Shown: positions 8,644-19,370 of the stretch, one piece after another
Layout of the letters: every line of letters begins with the position of its first letter
How positions within the stretch are numbered: position 1 is the first letter of the stretch
Assembly (NCBI GenBank): GCA_045593885.1
Contig: JAZNXN010000034.1
Location: forward strand, 10,692 to 74,691
Reading direction: 5' to 3'
DNA: 64,000 bases
DNA from: Eubacteriales bacterium
GTDB taxonomy: Bacteria > Bacillota > Clostridia > Oscillospirales > CAG-272
Translations under genes and position numbers: made by a program
The notes under the pieces: model-generated
Seen by the model: only the letters and a program-made list of their open reading frames with translations
Databases searched by the model: none
What the model was told of the DNA's origin: nothing

Positions 8644-8916
8644 CTAATTTGCGTCGGCTTCCCACGGCCAAGGTCCCTGTGTCCAATCCCACGAGGTGTG
8701 GCTGTTGTTGCCGTACATTGTAAGAGGCCCGCAATTTGCCTCATATTCAGCTATCATTTTTTCGCGTGCCGCCTTCATTTTCTGATAATAAGCGAGTGCC
8801 CTTTGGTTGTTGGGGTAGGCATCAAGATAGAGAACGGTTTCCTGAAGAGCGAAATCTATCTGTCTTATTTTTTTGAGCATAGAATCGCAGCTTCTTGCAT
8901 TATTTGTCATATTCAT
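8644..8916 (-). CDS. cotJB: Spore coat protein CotJB
   Basis: LYLDAYP, CGPLT and WDWTQGPWPWE motifs. Confidence 0.9.
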   Translation of the reverse strand: MNMTNNARSCDSMLKKIRQIDFALQETVLYLDAYPNNQRALAYYQKMKAAREKMIAEYEANCGPLTMYGNNSHTSWDWTQGPWPWEADAN

Positions 8917-9158
8917 CTTATATGTCCTCCCATAAACGGCTTTACAAGCTCGGAAAACAGGCTGCCGTGCGCGAGCGCCTCAGAGGGCTCGAGTATTCCC
9001 TGCCAGCATTGCTCGGGTGAATACACCATAGCGAGTGAGGGTGCCCACGCCTGCATAGCACAGTTATAGCTTTGCTCTGTATTCTGATTTCCGTTGCTCA
9101 TGCATCCGCATCCGCCCTCGGTGCCGCAGTTATTGCATCTTCCTTTATCTGTATACAT
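8913..9158 (-). CDS. cotJA: Spore coat associated protein CotJA
   Basis: LAMVYSPEQCW...ALAHGSLFSELVKPF motif; first gene of the cotJ operon. Confidence 0.85.
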   Translation of the reverse strand: MYTDKGRCNNCGTEGGCGCMSNGNQNTEQSYNCAMQAWAPSLAMVYSPEQCWQGILEPSEALAHGSLFSELVKPFMGGHIR

Positions 9159-9325
9159 TGTTTTTTCCTTTCCGCCGTTACTTGACGGCTATTTTCATTT
9201 TATGCCAAATATGAAAGCGCGTGAGTAATCAAACGGACACGCGGGGTTGACAAAGCACGGTTTTTTATGTATAATGTATATTATGGATAAATGTGCGCGT
9301 TAATTTGTGCGCGAAGGGAGGGGCT

Positions 9326-10507
9326 ATGGATAAGCTGACGGTTCTTGCTGTTCACAACAGATACAGGCTGGCAGGCGGTGAGGATTCCGTGTTCGAGAGC
9401 GAGGTTACTATGCTCAGAAAAAACGGACACAGGGTTATCGAGTATGTCCGCGGCAATAAGGAAATAGACTCGTTTGGTATGCTCCATAAGCTTCTTCTGC
9501 CCTTCACGAGTATTTTTTCATTCAAGACCTATCGCGAGATTAAGCGCATAGTCAAAAGAGAGGGTGTTGACGTAGTTCATATTCACAACACCACAACCCT
9601 CATTTCCCCCTCGGTTTTCAGGGCGGCGAGAAAATGCAATGTGCCTGCGGTTCAGACACTCCACAATTTCCGTATGATTTGTCCCGGCGGTATTCTCTGC
9701 CGCGAGGGCGGGATATGCGAGGAGTGCATAGATCGTGGCTTTTCTCCCGCAATAAAAAAAGGCTGTTACAGGAACAGCAAAATACAGACCTTTATTCTTT
9801 CAACGGCAATGAGGATACACACCCTTTTGGGTACTTACAGGCACGCGCATTACATAGCATTGACCGAGTTCAACCGCGAAAAGCTGCTCTCGGCTGATAA
9901 AAAGGGCAGGAAATTTTCGGCAGAGCGCATATTCGTCAAGCCTAATTTCAAAACGGTTGACAGAAGCAGCGACGAAACGGAGCGCAAAAAGCAGATAGTG
10001 TTCGTTGGAAGACTGGAATGGCTGAAGGGTGTCAGGGTGCTGCTTGAGGCTTGGAGAGAAATCAAGGATTACGAGCTTATAATATACGGCGACGGACCTC
10101 TGCGCGAGGAATGCGAAGGAACGGTTCGTGACAATTTTCTTGACAACGTAAAAATTATGGGAGCTGCCCCGAATAGCGAGGTTATTTCCGTTATATCGGA
10201 GTCGGCGGCACTCATTCTTCCCACCCAGTGCTACGAGGGCTTTCCCGTTACGATAGTTGAGGCACTGGCTTGTGCGACACCTGTGCTGACGTCGGATATA
10301 GGAAACCCCGCGCAGCTCATAGATGACGGTGTTACAGGCTATAAATTTAACGCAAGGTCTGCCGAGTCTATACGCGAGGCGGTTGGCAAGCTCGACGGCT
10401 CGAATCTGTACGGCAGCTGCCGCAGAGTGTACGAGGAAAGCTACACTGAAAAAGCAAATTATTCACGCCTAATAGAGATATACGAAAAAATCGGAGCGAA
10501 AAAATGA
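9326..10507 (+). CDS. Glycosyltransferase family 4
   Basis: VHNRYRLAGGED, FVGRLEWLKG and YEGFPVTIVEA motifs. Confidence 0.9.
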   Translation: MDKLTVLAVHNRYRLAGGEDSVFESEVTMLRKNGHRVIEYVRGNKEIDSFGMLHKLLLPFTSIFSFKTYREIKRIVKREGVDVVHIHNTTTLISPSVFRAARKCNVPAVQTLHNFRMICPGGILCREGGICEECIDRGFSPAIKKGCYRNSKIQTFILSTAMRIHTLLGTYRHAHYIALTEFNREKLLSADKKGRKFSAERIFVKPNFKTVDRSSDETERKKQIVFVGRLEWLKGVRVLLEAWREIKDYELIIYGDGPLREECEGTVRDNFLDNVKIMGAAPNSEVISVISESAALILPTQCYEGFPVTIVEALACATPVLTSDIGNPAQLIDDGVTGYKFNARSAESIREAVGKLDGSNLYGSCRRVYEESYTEKANYSRLIEIYEKIGAKK

Positions 10508-11607
10508 AAAAGGTCGCAATAATAACGAACTATCCCTCGCCCTACCGAGTGGACCTGTTCGATTATATGATAGAACACTATCCCGAATATGAATTTCACA
10601 TAATTTATTCCCTGAAAAAGTCAAATCTGCGCGAATGGGAATCCGAGGGAGAATTCCGCAATTCGACCTTTCTTAAAAATAAAAAAATAACGGTAAAAAC
10701 GAGATATGATGCCCGGGATATAATTTTCACTCTTGGTTTGAATAAGGAGCTGAAAAGGATAAAGCCCAACATAATAGTTGCCACCGAATACAACATCACA
10801 ACGCAAAAGGCGCTGTCCTATGCAAAGCGACACAAAATACCGTTTGTCAGCTGGAGTGACGCGACTAAAATATCCGAAAGAGATATAAGCAAGCTGCAGA
10901 TGAGGCTTCGCAAAAGAGTTGTTAAGCACGCAAATGCGTTTATAGCCAGCAGCACTCGGGCAAGAGAGCTTCAGATTGAATACGGCGCGCCTGCCGACAG
11001 GGTTTTTGTGAGTCTTTTGACCGTTGACACAAAAAAATACGAGGTAATCAAAGAGGATTACCCAAAAAGCATAATCTACGTCGGAACTAATGCGAAGCGC
11101 AAGGGGCTCGACCTTCTTATATCGGCTCTTTCAAGGGTGGGTGAGGATTACACACTCGAAATTATAGGTTGCAAAAGCCTTGACGGAGAAGCCGCCGAGC
11201 TGGCAAGCAGCACAGGTGTCGCCGAAAGGATAAATTTCCACGGTTTTATCTCGCCCGACGAGATAAAGGAGTTTTATAAAAGGGGCGGAATATTCGTTCT
11301 GCCCACGCGCGAGGATTGCTTTGCTCTGGTAATCCTTGAGGCAATGTGCGCGTCGCTACCTGTATTGGTATCAAAATACGCAGACGGTGCGTACGATTTA
11401 ATGCGCGACGGAGAAAACGGATATTTGTTTGACCCGTACGACGCCGACGGCACAGCAGAAAAAATCAATGCTCTGCTGTCCGACGAAAAAATGAGAAGAA
11501 AATTCGGAGAATGCTCGCACGAGCTGTCAAAGAGCTTCGGGCTTGCCCCCTCCGCCAACGATTTTATGAGGACTGTTGATTTCGCATTGAAGGGAGAGAA
11601 AAAATGA
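10504..11607 (+). CDS. Glycosyltransferase family 4
   Basis: PSPYR, KRKGLD and EDCFALVILEAM motifs. Confidence 0.9.
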   Translation: MKKVAIITNYPSPYRVDLFDYMIEHYPEYEFHIIYSLKKSNLREWESEGEFRNSTFLKNKKITVKTRYDARDIIFTLGLNKELKRIKPNIIVATEYNITTQKALSYAKRHKIPFVSWSDATKISERDISKLQMRLRKRVVKHANAFIASSTRARELQIEYGAPADRVFVSLLTVDTKKYEVIKEDYPKSIIYVGTNAKRKGLDLLISALSRVGEDYTLEIIGCKSLDGEAAELASSTGVAERINFHGFISPDEIKEFYKRGGIFVLPTREDCFALVILEAMCASLPVLVSKYADGAYDLMRDGENGYLFDPYDADGTAEKINALLSDEKMRRKFGECSHELSKSFGLAPSANDFMRTVDFALKGEKK

Positions 11608-14486
11608 ACGCTGTTATTGAAAAATGCAGGAATAAAGCGACTGAGCTTTTTCATTTCGCAGTAAAAAATCCGTTCTCGGTCTACTTTTTGCTGTTCTTGA
11701 AGCCTATTGTGGATATGTTCTACGACATAGCCATATTCGACTATGCAATTCTTTTGTATTCAATAGCAATACTCGCATACAATCTCATAAAACGCCCTGA
11801 CGTATTCAGGCGTTTCCGCCTTATGGATTATTTGTGCTTTGCCATTCTTTTCCTCATGGTGCTCGCATTTTTGAGAAACACCGATGGATTTAGAGTGTTT
11901 GTAAAGACAGCATCGCAGTTCATACTGTTTTTCATCGGAAGATATTGCCACGAGGAAACCGAGAAATGCGTAACTGCGCTGCGCTATTCCTCAATTGTCG
12001 TTATACTGGTTAACGCGATTGTGCTGGTTTTGGGATTCTTCTTTAACAGTCCCGACTTCGAAGTCTTCAAGCTCTGGGGCGGAGCCATCACCTTTGTCGG
12101 AATGTATTTCTTCAAAACCGACCTTGCGCTCGCTATGACGCAATGCCTGATATTTATTCTTTTCGTCAAGAAGCTTCGCTGGTATAATTACACCCTTGCG
12201 GCGCTTGCCTCGATAATGATATTTTTGTCAAACGCAAGAATATCCTTCGTTATCGCGTTTATGATATTCGGTCTTGTATTCCTTTACAAGATATCGAGAT
12301 TTTTCAAAAGACGTATTCGTATATTCGACCTGAGAATGATAGCGACGGTGTGTATAAGCGTAGCACTCGCTATCGCTTCCCTCACGGTTCTCTCCAAGCT
12401 GCCGATTAACGAATATCTCGGTCACATCTCCCTCTCGGTTGACAACAGTGTTCAATCGGGTGATATTTCCGACACAATCGGTGACGAAATGATAGATACC
12501 GACAACGACGGAATACCCGATACGCCTGCTGACGAGAACCTTTCTCCTAACGAGGAATTTACATTCAAAACAATAAGGGCAAAAATCGTCAGCGTATGGT
12601 TGAAAATATACACACCCGCGAACACACAGGGACGCTCAACGATATGGAGAATGCTCGTTGAGGATTTCTCGTCGCGAGGTGTTATGAGCCGACTGTTCGG
12701 CATTGATTTTATATCCGACAATTACCAGATAACCCCGACCTTCTCCGCAGGCTCACATAATGCGTATCTGAAAACCATGTTCTCGATAGGCATTATCGGT
12801 CTTATACTGTTCTTTGCATTTCTTTTGGTTGTGATACTGAAGCTGACCTACCGCACTCAGAACAAGATGTTCTTTTTGATAACTCTGCTGATGTGCGTGC
12901 TTCTCACTGTCAGCTTTACTACCCCTGCGTGCGAAACCACGCAATATACGTGGGTTCCTATGCTCTTCCTCGGACTTTTGTTCAGGCGTGACCCGCAGCC
13001 TCACGACGAGGAAGAAGTTCCCACGGCACCTGACAAGTATATAATCGACTACGTGCCCGTGGATAGAATGAGCAGCTTCCTTTCCTCGATAGAGCTCTCA
13101 ATAGCAATGGCAATTGCGGCGTGCGTTATAGTTATAGGCAATTTTCAGGTTGGCGGTGTAGTTGCTTTTATACTCATCATTTCCGCAATGCTCATTCTTT
13201 GCAAGGACATAACGGTTACAACCGCTCCGTTCCTTTATCTGTGCGTATTTGCCTGCATGAGCTACGATTCATTCGATACCTATATTAAGCTGTGGTGGCT
13301 GGTAATTCCTGCAGGATATGCCCTGATATACCATTTTGTAAAATACCGTCAGCCCGTAATTATCGGAAAATCCTTCTGGGGAATACTCACAGTTTCGGTT
13401 GCGGTGACGCTGGGCGGTCTTGGATTTATCAGTGTAAAGGAATATTTCAACCCAATTGCCCTCTACTATACGCTGGGGCTTGGCTTTGGAATGCTTCTCT
13501 GCTACGTTCTGATTAAATCTCAGATAGGGAACGTTAATACCGATATGGCGAAAAATCGCATTTTGTGTGCGCTGTACTGCATGGGACTCATTGCCGCACT
13601 GTGCGTATATATTCAGTATATATGGGGATGGGATACCGTAATCAGCACCGAAAAGGTTTTGTCCGAGCTGGTATCGAGAAACAATTTCTCAACCTTTATA
13701 ATATTTTCCCTGCCTATTCCGTTCTATTTTGCTCTGAAAAATCCGTACCACCTCATAAGTGCGGCGGTGATGTTTGGAGCTAACATACTCTCCGGCTCGC
13801 GCGGCGGTATGCTGTTCGGCACGGTTGAGTTCGTCTTGTGCGTAATATACCTCATAGTGTTTACTAAGAGTAAAACTCGCAGAATAGTTTACTTATCTAT
13901 CTTTGCCGCACTGATAGCAATTGCTCTTTCAATTCTTGATCCGTTTCTCAACTTCTGGAACGCGAGATACGGAGGAGCGGATGCGACCGTCGAAAACAAT
14001 TTGAAATACGACATACGCTACGACTTTCTCTTTGGAAAGAAGGGAACAAATGAGGGCTCGCGAGTTATCAAGAATTTTCTTGACAATCCCATGTTCGGTC
14101 AGGGACTCGGCTCTACTGCAAACCTCGATATTTACACTCCGAAGAAGGGTGCGCTCTGCTGGTATCACATGATGACACCGCAGATAATAGGAAGTCTCGG
14201 CATTATGGGAATTTTAGGCTACGGCTATCAGATAGTAAGCCGTATTTGGCTCTCGGTTAAGCGCATAATGAATCCGTTTGCAATTGCTCTCACTATATCC
14301 TATCTTGGCGTATTTATGATGAGCCAGGTTAACCCCGGAGAGCTCTGCCCTCTGCCCTACGAGCTTTTGGTCGTAATTATGTACATATTCATTGAAAACG
14401 AGGCGGTGTCTCCCTTCAAAAGAAAGGAAAAGCTTCCCGCAGCACCCGCAGAGAACGCGGACAACGCACCTGAAAGGGCGGAGTAA
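11604..14486 (+). CDS. Polytopic membrane protein with two tandem O-antigen ligase/polymerase-like domains
   Basis: Half 1: SNARIS...GRSTIW...HNAYLKTMFSIGIIG; half 2: SGSRGG...PMFGQGLG...WYH...GSLGIMG. Confidence 0.7.
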   Translation: MNAVIEKCRNKATELFHFAVKNPFSVYFLLFLKPIVDMFYDIAIFDYAILLYSIAILAYNLIKRPDVFRRFRLMDYLCFAILFLMVLAFLRNTDGFRVFVKTASQFILFFIGRYCHEETEKCVTALRYSSIVVILVNAIVLVLGFFFNSPDFEVFKLWGGAITFVGMYFFKTDLALAMTQCLIFILFVKKLRWYNYTLAALASIMIFLSNARISFVIAFMIFGLVFLYKISRFFKRRIRIFDLRMIATVCISVALAIASLTVLSKLPINEYLGHISLSVDNSVQSGDISDTIGDEMIDTDNDGIPDTPADENLSPNEEFTFKTIRAKIVSVWLKIYTPANTQGRSTIWRMLVEDFSSRGVMSRLFGIDFISDNYQITPTFSAGSHNAYLKTMFSIGIIGLILFFAFLLVVILKLTYRTQNKMFFLITLLMCVLLTVSFTTPACETTQYTWVPMLFLGLLFRRDPQPHDEEEVPTAPDKYIIDYVPVDRMSSFLSSIELSIAMAIAACVIVIGNFQVGGVVAFILIISAMLILCKDITVTTAPFLYLCVFACMSYDSFDTYIKLWWLVIPAGYALIYHFVKYRQPVIIGKSFWGILTVSVAVTLGGLGFISVKEYFNPIALYYTLGLGFGMLLCYVLIKSQIGNVNTDMAKNRILCALYCMGLIAALCVYIQYIWGWDTVISTEKVLSELVSRNNFSTFIIFSLPIPFYFALKNPYHLISAAVMFGANILSGSRGGMLFGTVEFVLCVIYLIVFTKSKTRRIVYLSIFAALIAIALSILDPFLNFWNARYGGADATVENNLKYDIRYDFLFGKKGTNEGSRVIKNFLDNPMFGQGLGSTANLDIYTPKKGALCWYHMMTPQIIGSLGIMGILGYGYQIVSRIWLSVKRIMNPFAIALTISYLGVFMMSQVNPGELCPLPYELLVVIMYIFIENEAVSPFKRKEKLPAAPAENADNAPERAE

Positions 14487-14488
14487 TT

Positions 14489-15421
14489 ATGGAAAAGCTA
14501 ATCTCGGTAATAGTACCTATATACAAGGTCGAAAATTATCTTGACAAATGTATCGAAAGTATAGTCGCACAAACCTACAAAAGCCTTGAAATAATACTTG
14601 TTGACGACGGCTCTCCCGACAGATGCCCCGAAATGTGCGACGAGTGGGCAAAAAGAGACTCGCGCATCAGGGTTATTCATAAGAAAAACGGCGGTCTGTC
14701 AGATGCGCGCAACGCGGGAATTGATGCCGCAAGCGGTGATTTCATCAGCTTTATCGACAGCGACGATTATATCGCGCCAGGCACCTACGAGCGCCTGACA
14801 GATGCTATTGAGAGCGCTGGCGCGGATATGTGCATCTTTGGCTTTCAAAAGGTTGATGAAAACGGTAGCTTCATTGAGGAGGACTCGGAAATCCGGGATG
14901 AGCTTCTCAGCCGCGACGAGGCGTTTTCGAGGATAAACGAGTGGCCGTACGTTATGTCACAGACCAAGCTTTACAATAGGGAAATTTTCTCGAGCTTGCG
15001 TTTTCCTGTTGGCAAGCTTCACGAGGATGAATTTGTAATACACCGAGCGGTCGGAGAATGTCAGCGCGTTGTTGCCGTTTCGGACAAGCTCTACTATTAT
15101 TTTCAGCGCAGTGATAGCATAATGGGGAATTTCACAGATCCCAAACACCTTGACGGAGCACTCGCATTTCTTGACAGATACGAGTACCATAAGAATTCTG
15201 GCAGGCGGGCACTTGCCGCTCGCTCGCTCAATTTAGCATACGGAGCACTCGTCGTATTTCTTGACAGAGTTGATATGCCCTTGCCTGCACCAAGGCTATC
15301 CGAGGTTTATCGCTATATAATCAAAAAGCTCATACTGAGTGCAGATTTGCGTGCGGTGAAGCTATTCCTGATGTACAGAAAATGCATGTCAAGGCTCAAG
15401 GCAAAGGGAAAAGGGATATGA
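14489..15421 (+). CDS. Glycosyltransferase family 2
   Basis: ISVIVPIYKVE, VDDGSPD, NGGLSDARN and FIDSDD motifs. Confidence 0.92.
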   Translation: MEKLISVIVPIYKVENYLDKCIESIVAQTYKSLEIILVDDGSPDRCPEMCDEWAKRDSRIRVIHKKNGGLSDARNAGIDAASGDFISFIDSDDYIAPGTYERLTDAIESAGADMCIFGFQKVDENGSFIEEDSEIRDELLSRDEAFSRINEWPYVMSQTKLYNREIFSSLRFPVGKLHEDEFVIHRAVGECQRVVAVSDKLYYYFQRSDSIMGNFTDPKHLDGALAFLDRYEYHKNSGRRALAARSLNLAYGALVVFLDRVDMPLPAPRLSEVYRYIIKKLILSADLRAVKLFLMYRKCMSRLKAKGKGI

Positions 15422-16527
15422 AAAAAATACTTATAATAAACGACTTTGTCGTAGGCGGCGGAGTTGAGGGCGTTATGAAAAGCCTTATCGATTACATTGC
15501 CGATAGAGATTATGACGTTACCCTTCTTACGCTTTACGACAGAAAAAATGACTTTGAAGGCTTGTTTGCCCCGTCGGTGAAGTACGATTCGTACGGATAT
15601 TCCGACAAGGAAAAGCACAAAAGGCTCTCACCCCTATGGTTTTTTGAGAAATTCTTTGTGCATATAAAGCGATTTATCAAAAGACAGAAAAAATATGACG
15701 TCGTTTTTTCCTTCAAGGAAGGTGCTTCAATGAAGGAGGGCGCAAAATTCAAGGGAGATAAAAAATTTGCATTCATGCACGCAGATTATCAAAATCTCTA
15801 CTGGACTAAATTCTGCTTCAAAACACCAACGCAGGAAATCAACTGCATGAAAAAATATGACTGGGTACTATGTGTAACTCAGTCTGTGAAAAAATCAGTA
15901 CTCAGTATTATTGGTGACCCCGAAAATCTTCGGGTGAAGCATGTCCCTGTTGACGTTGACAGTATAATCAAAAAGGGCTCGGAGAAAATCTCCGAGCTGA
16001 CAGAGGCACTTAAGGTCAGAAAAGAGCGCCCGTTGCTCGTATCCGTCGGCAGATTGCACGAGCAGAAGGGCTATGAGCGCCTGTTGCGAGCATGTGCGCG
16101 ACTTAACGAGCATTATGATTACGATATGTGGATAGTTGGCGACGGTCCTGAACGCGAGCGCCTTGAGGCAATTATAGATGAAGAGGGACTTGAAAACGTC
16201 AGACTGTGGGGACACAGAGCTAATCCCTACCCGTTTATGAGGGCTGCGGATTTGTTCGTATCCTCCTCGCTCGGTGAGAGCTACGGACTCGTTATTCAGG
16301 AATCGCTTATGCTCGGTGTTCCCGTGCTGGGCGCAACCTGCCCTGCTTTTGAGGAAACCGTGGGAGAGGGTGAGGCTCTGCTCGTGCCTAACAGCTACGA
16401 GGGGCTTCTTGAGGGCATATCAGACTATCTTGAGGGCAAGGTAACACTCTTTCCCGATATGAACAGCCGTACTCACGAAAAAATGTTTGACCAAAGGCTC
16501 TCGGAATTCGAAGCACTTTGGAGTTGA
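15418..16527 (+). CDS. Glycosyltransferase family 4
   Basis: GGGVEG, SVGRLHEQKG and ESYGLVIQES motifs. Confidence 0.88.
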   Translation: MKKILIINDFVVGGGVEGVMKSLIDYIADRDYDVTLLTLYDRKNDFEGLFAPSVKYDSYGYSDKEKHKRLSPLWFFEKFFVHIKRFIKRQKKYDVVFSFKEGASMKEGAKFKGDKKFAFMHADYQNLYWTKFCFKTPTQEINCMKKYDWVLCVTQSVKKSVLSIIGDPENLRVKHVPVDVDSIIKKGSEKISELTEALKVRKERPLLVSVGRLHEQKGYERLLRACARLNEHYDYDMWIVGDGPERERLEAIIDEEGLENVRLWGHRANPYPFMRAADLFVSSSLGESYGLVIQESLMLGVPVLGATCPAFEETVGEGEALLVPNSYEGLLEGISDYLEGKVTLFPDMNSRTHEKMFDQRLSEFEALWS

Positions 16528-16640
16528 GATTCTAATAAAAGGGGCTACTTCATTTCGGCATAACCGAAAACAAAAAAGTGAGGGACAAAAAGTTCCTCAC
16601 TTTTAATTTTACTGAATTCTTAATGACTCAGCCCATTTTG

Positions 16641-17660
16641 TTATCTGAATATTGAAGCAATAGCCAAAAGAGCACGTTGACACCGTTTGGCAAAGCCGTA
16701 GAGATGCGAATAAACGAAGAAAACGAAAGCACCGCTACGCGCAATTCTTGTGCACCGTGATGCACCCGCGATTTTTGGGTGTTCTGTACGAATACGGTCG
16801 TATTCCTCTATGAGAGCCTTACGCAGCCTTCTAAAATCGCTTCTGTTTTTGAAATAAACGAAATCAATAATGATTTTACGGAGCAGAACCGCCGTATCGT
16901 TAACCCGCTTGTAAGCCACGTGCTGATAAAGCTCGGGAAAATTCTCGCTTATATAATCAACGAGCCGCCCAGCAGAATCAATGAGCGCCATCCTCGACGG
17001 AGTGTACCGAGCCTGCTCGGTGCTGCCGCGTCTGACGTACTGTACGTAGTACGCGCCGCCGATATGCACGGCTCTGTTCGCCCTTCCGAGTATTTCGTGC
17101 AGGATGTATGCGTCCTCGTTTGCGCGGATAGTGGGAAAGCGGATATTATCGAAAAGCTCTTTTTTGTATAGCTTATTGCACATTCCCGTAAAAACGTTAA
17201 GCGTCGTTATATAATCAAGTAAAAGCTCTCTCGGGCTTTCATAGACATGAGGTGCGGGGTAGGTATCCGAAAGAATCAGCTTTCCTGCCGTAAGAGTTGC
17301 CAAGCCGCATATACAAATGTCAGCATCCTTTTCAAAAATGGCTGATATCATTTTTTCGAGCATATCACACTCGATATAATCGTCGGAATCAACGAAGGCA
17401 AGAAAATCTCCCCGAGCCCTTTCAAGCGCGAGATTTCGGGCAGAGCCCTGACCGCCGTTTTCCTTGTGAAAGGCAAAAACCCTCTCATCACCGGCGGCGT
17501 ATTCGTCAATTATAGCGCCGCTACCGTCGGTAGAGCCGTCATCGACAAGCAATAGCTCAAAATTTTTATATGTCTGAGATAAAATGCTGTCGATGCAACG
17601 TGAAATCAGCTTTTCCGTATTATATACGGGGACTATCACGCTTACCTTTGAATCAATCAT
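16641..17660 (-). CDS. Glycosyltransferase family 2
   Basis: VSVIVPVYNTE, VDDGSTD and FVDSDD motifs. Confidence 0.9.
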   Translation of the reverse strand: MIDSKVSVIVPVYNTEKLISRCIDSILSQTYKNFELLLVDDGSTDGSGAIIDEYAAGDERVFAFHKENGGQGSARNLALERARGDFLAFVDSDDYIECDMLEKMISAIFEKDADICICGLATLTAGKLILSDTYPAPHVYESPRELLLDYITTLNVFTGMCNKLYKKELFDNIRFPTIRANEDAYILHEILGRANRAVHIGGAYYVQYVRRGSTEQARYTPSRMALIDSAGRLVDYISENFPELYQHVAYKRVNDTAVLLRKIIIDFVYFKNRSDFRRLRKALIEEYDRIRTEHPKIAGASRCTRIARSGAFVFFVYSHLYGFAKRCQRALLAIASIFR

Positions 17661-17688
17661 TATGAAATCCTCATAATACAAAAATTAA

Positions 17689-19338
17689 TTACTCAATAAC
17701 AGAGGTGTCCCACATTTCAGGAGCTTCGTAACCAAGGAGATTTACAGTTGTAGCCGCAACGTTGGAAAGTCCGTATTCTCCATTTTGTTTAACCTTGTAG
17801 GTATCAGCGTAGAAATTGTCGTAGAAGATGAGCGGAACGGGGTTTAAGGTATGACTGGTCTTCGCCTTGAAGGAACCGTCCTTGCCCTGCTTGGGCGCGC
17901 CCGATTTCTTGTCAATCTCGTACATTTCATCTGCATTGCCGTGATCGGCGGTTATGAGAGCTACGCCCTTCAGCTCGTCAACTACTGCAAGTATTCTTGC
18001 AAGCTGGAGGTCAAGCGCTTCCATAGAGCATTCGGTAGCAAGGAAGTTGCCGGTGTGTCCTACCATATCGCCGTTGGGGAAGTTTACGCGAAGATATTTG
18101 TACTCGCCGCTTCTGAGACACTCAATGAGCTTATCGGTTATCTCAGCACACTTCATCCACGGTCTCTGCTCGAAGGGAACAACGTCACTGGGGATTTCGA
18201 TATAGGTTTCGAGATTCTCGTCAAACTTTCCGCTCTTGTTTCCGTTCCAGAAATATGTTACGTGACCGTACTTCTGTGTTTCGGAAATAGCGAGCTGAGG
18301 AATACCCGTTGCTACGAGATATTCGCTCTGAGTATTGGTAATTTCGGGGGGATTTACAAGGAAGCGCGAGGGGATATGAAGGTCACCGTCATACTCGAGC
18401 ATTCCTGCATAGATTACGCTCGGAACTCTCTTGCGGTCAAACTTATCAAAGTCATCTCCGCCCTCAAACGCCTTTGATATCTCAATAGCGCGGTCACCGC
18501 GGAAATTGTAGAATATAACCGCATCACCGTCCTCAACCGTGCCCGCGGGCTTGCCGTTTTCAGCGATAACGAAGGGGGGGAGGTCCTGATCAATGACGTG
18601 GAGCTCCGCTCTGTACGTCTCAACCGCATCCTTTGCAGATGCAAACTGCCTGCCCTCGCCGAGAACGTGGGTATACCAGCCTGCTTCAACCATTTTCCAG
18701 TTAGCCTCGTAACGGTCCATAGTTATCTGCATTCTTCCGCCGCCGCTTGCTATCTTAACGTCGAAAGCATCCGAGCGGATGTCGGAAAGGAACTGCTCGA
18801 AGGGGAGTATATAATCAAGCGCCGAGGTTTCACCGACGTCGCGCCCGTCAATAAGAGTGTGTATTCTGACTGAGCCAATGCCCTCAGCCTTCGCCCTCTC
18901 AATCATCGCCTTGAGATGGTCGATATGCGAATGAACGTTACCGTCGGAGAAAAGTCCTATGAAATGAAGGGTAGAGCCGTTAGCCTTAACCTGGCTCACT
19001 ATATCCTTCCACGTGTCAGACTCAAACATTTTGCCTGTTTCTATCGAAAGGGATACAAGCTTCGCTCCCTGAGCGAAAACCTGTCCCGCGCCGAGCGCGT
19101 TGTGTCCGACCTCAGAATTGCCCATGTCGTCGTCCGAGGGAAGTCCTACGGCTGTTCCGTGAGCCTTTATTGCTACGGTAGGATATTCCTTCATTATTCT
19201 GTCAAGCGTGGGGGTGTGCGCTGCCCTCACCGCGTTTGCACCGTTGTCGGGAGCAATTCCGACACCGTCCATAACGATAGTTACCAGAGGGCCCTCAATG
19301 CCCTTGAATGTTTTTGATTTTATAAGTGCGTTTACCAT
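17689..19338 (-). CDS. gpmI: 2,3-bisphosphoglycerate-independent phosphoglycerate mutase
   Basis: MGNSEVGH, SDGNVHSH, DGRD, NFRGDRA, DMVGHTG and TADHGNAD motifs. Confidence 0.95.
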   Translation of the reverse strand: MVNALIKSKTFKGIEGPLVTIVMDGVGIAPDNGANAVRAAHTPTLDRIMKEYPTVAIKAHGTAVGLPSDDDMGNSEVGHNALGAGQVFAQGAKLVSLSIETGKMFESDTWKDIVSQVKANGSTLHFIGLFSDGNVHSHIDHLKAMIERAKAEGIGSVRIHTLIDGRDVGETSALDYILPFEQFLSDIRSDAFDVKIASGGGRMQITMDRYEANWKMVEAGWYTHVLGEGRQFASAKDAVETYRAELHVIDQDLPPFVIAENGKPAGTVEDGDAVIFYNFRGDRAIEISKAFEGGDDFDKFDRKRVPSVIYAGMLEYDGDLHIPSRFLVNPPEITNTQSEYLVATGIPQLAISETQKYGHVTYFWNGNKSGKFDENLETYIEIPSDVVPFEQRPWMKCAEITDKLIECLRSGEYKYLRVNFPNGDMVGHTGNFLATECSMEALDLQLARILAVVDELKGVALITADHGNADEMYEIDKKSGAPKQGKDGSFKAKTSHTLNPVPLIFYDNFYADTYKVKQNGEYGLSNVAATTVNLLGYEAPEMWDTSVIE

Positions 19339-19370
19339 TTTATTTTTCCTTTGGTTAAATTATTTTTTTG

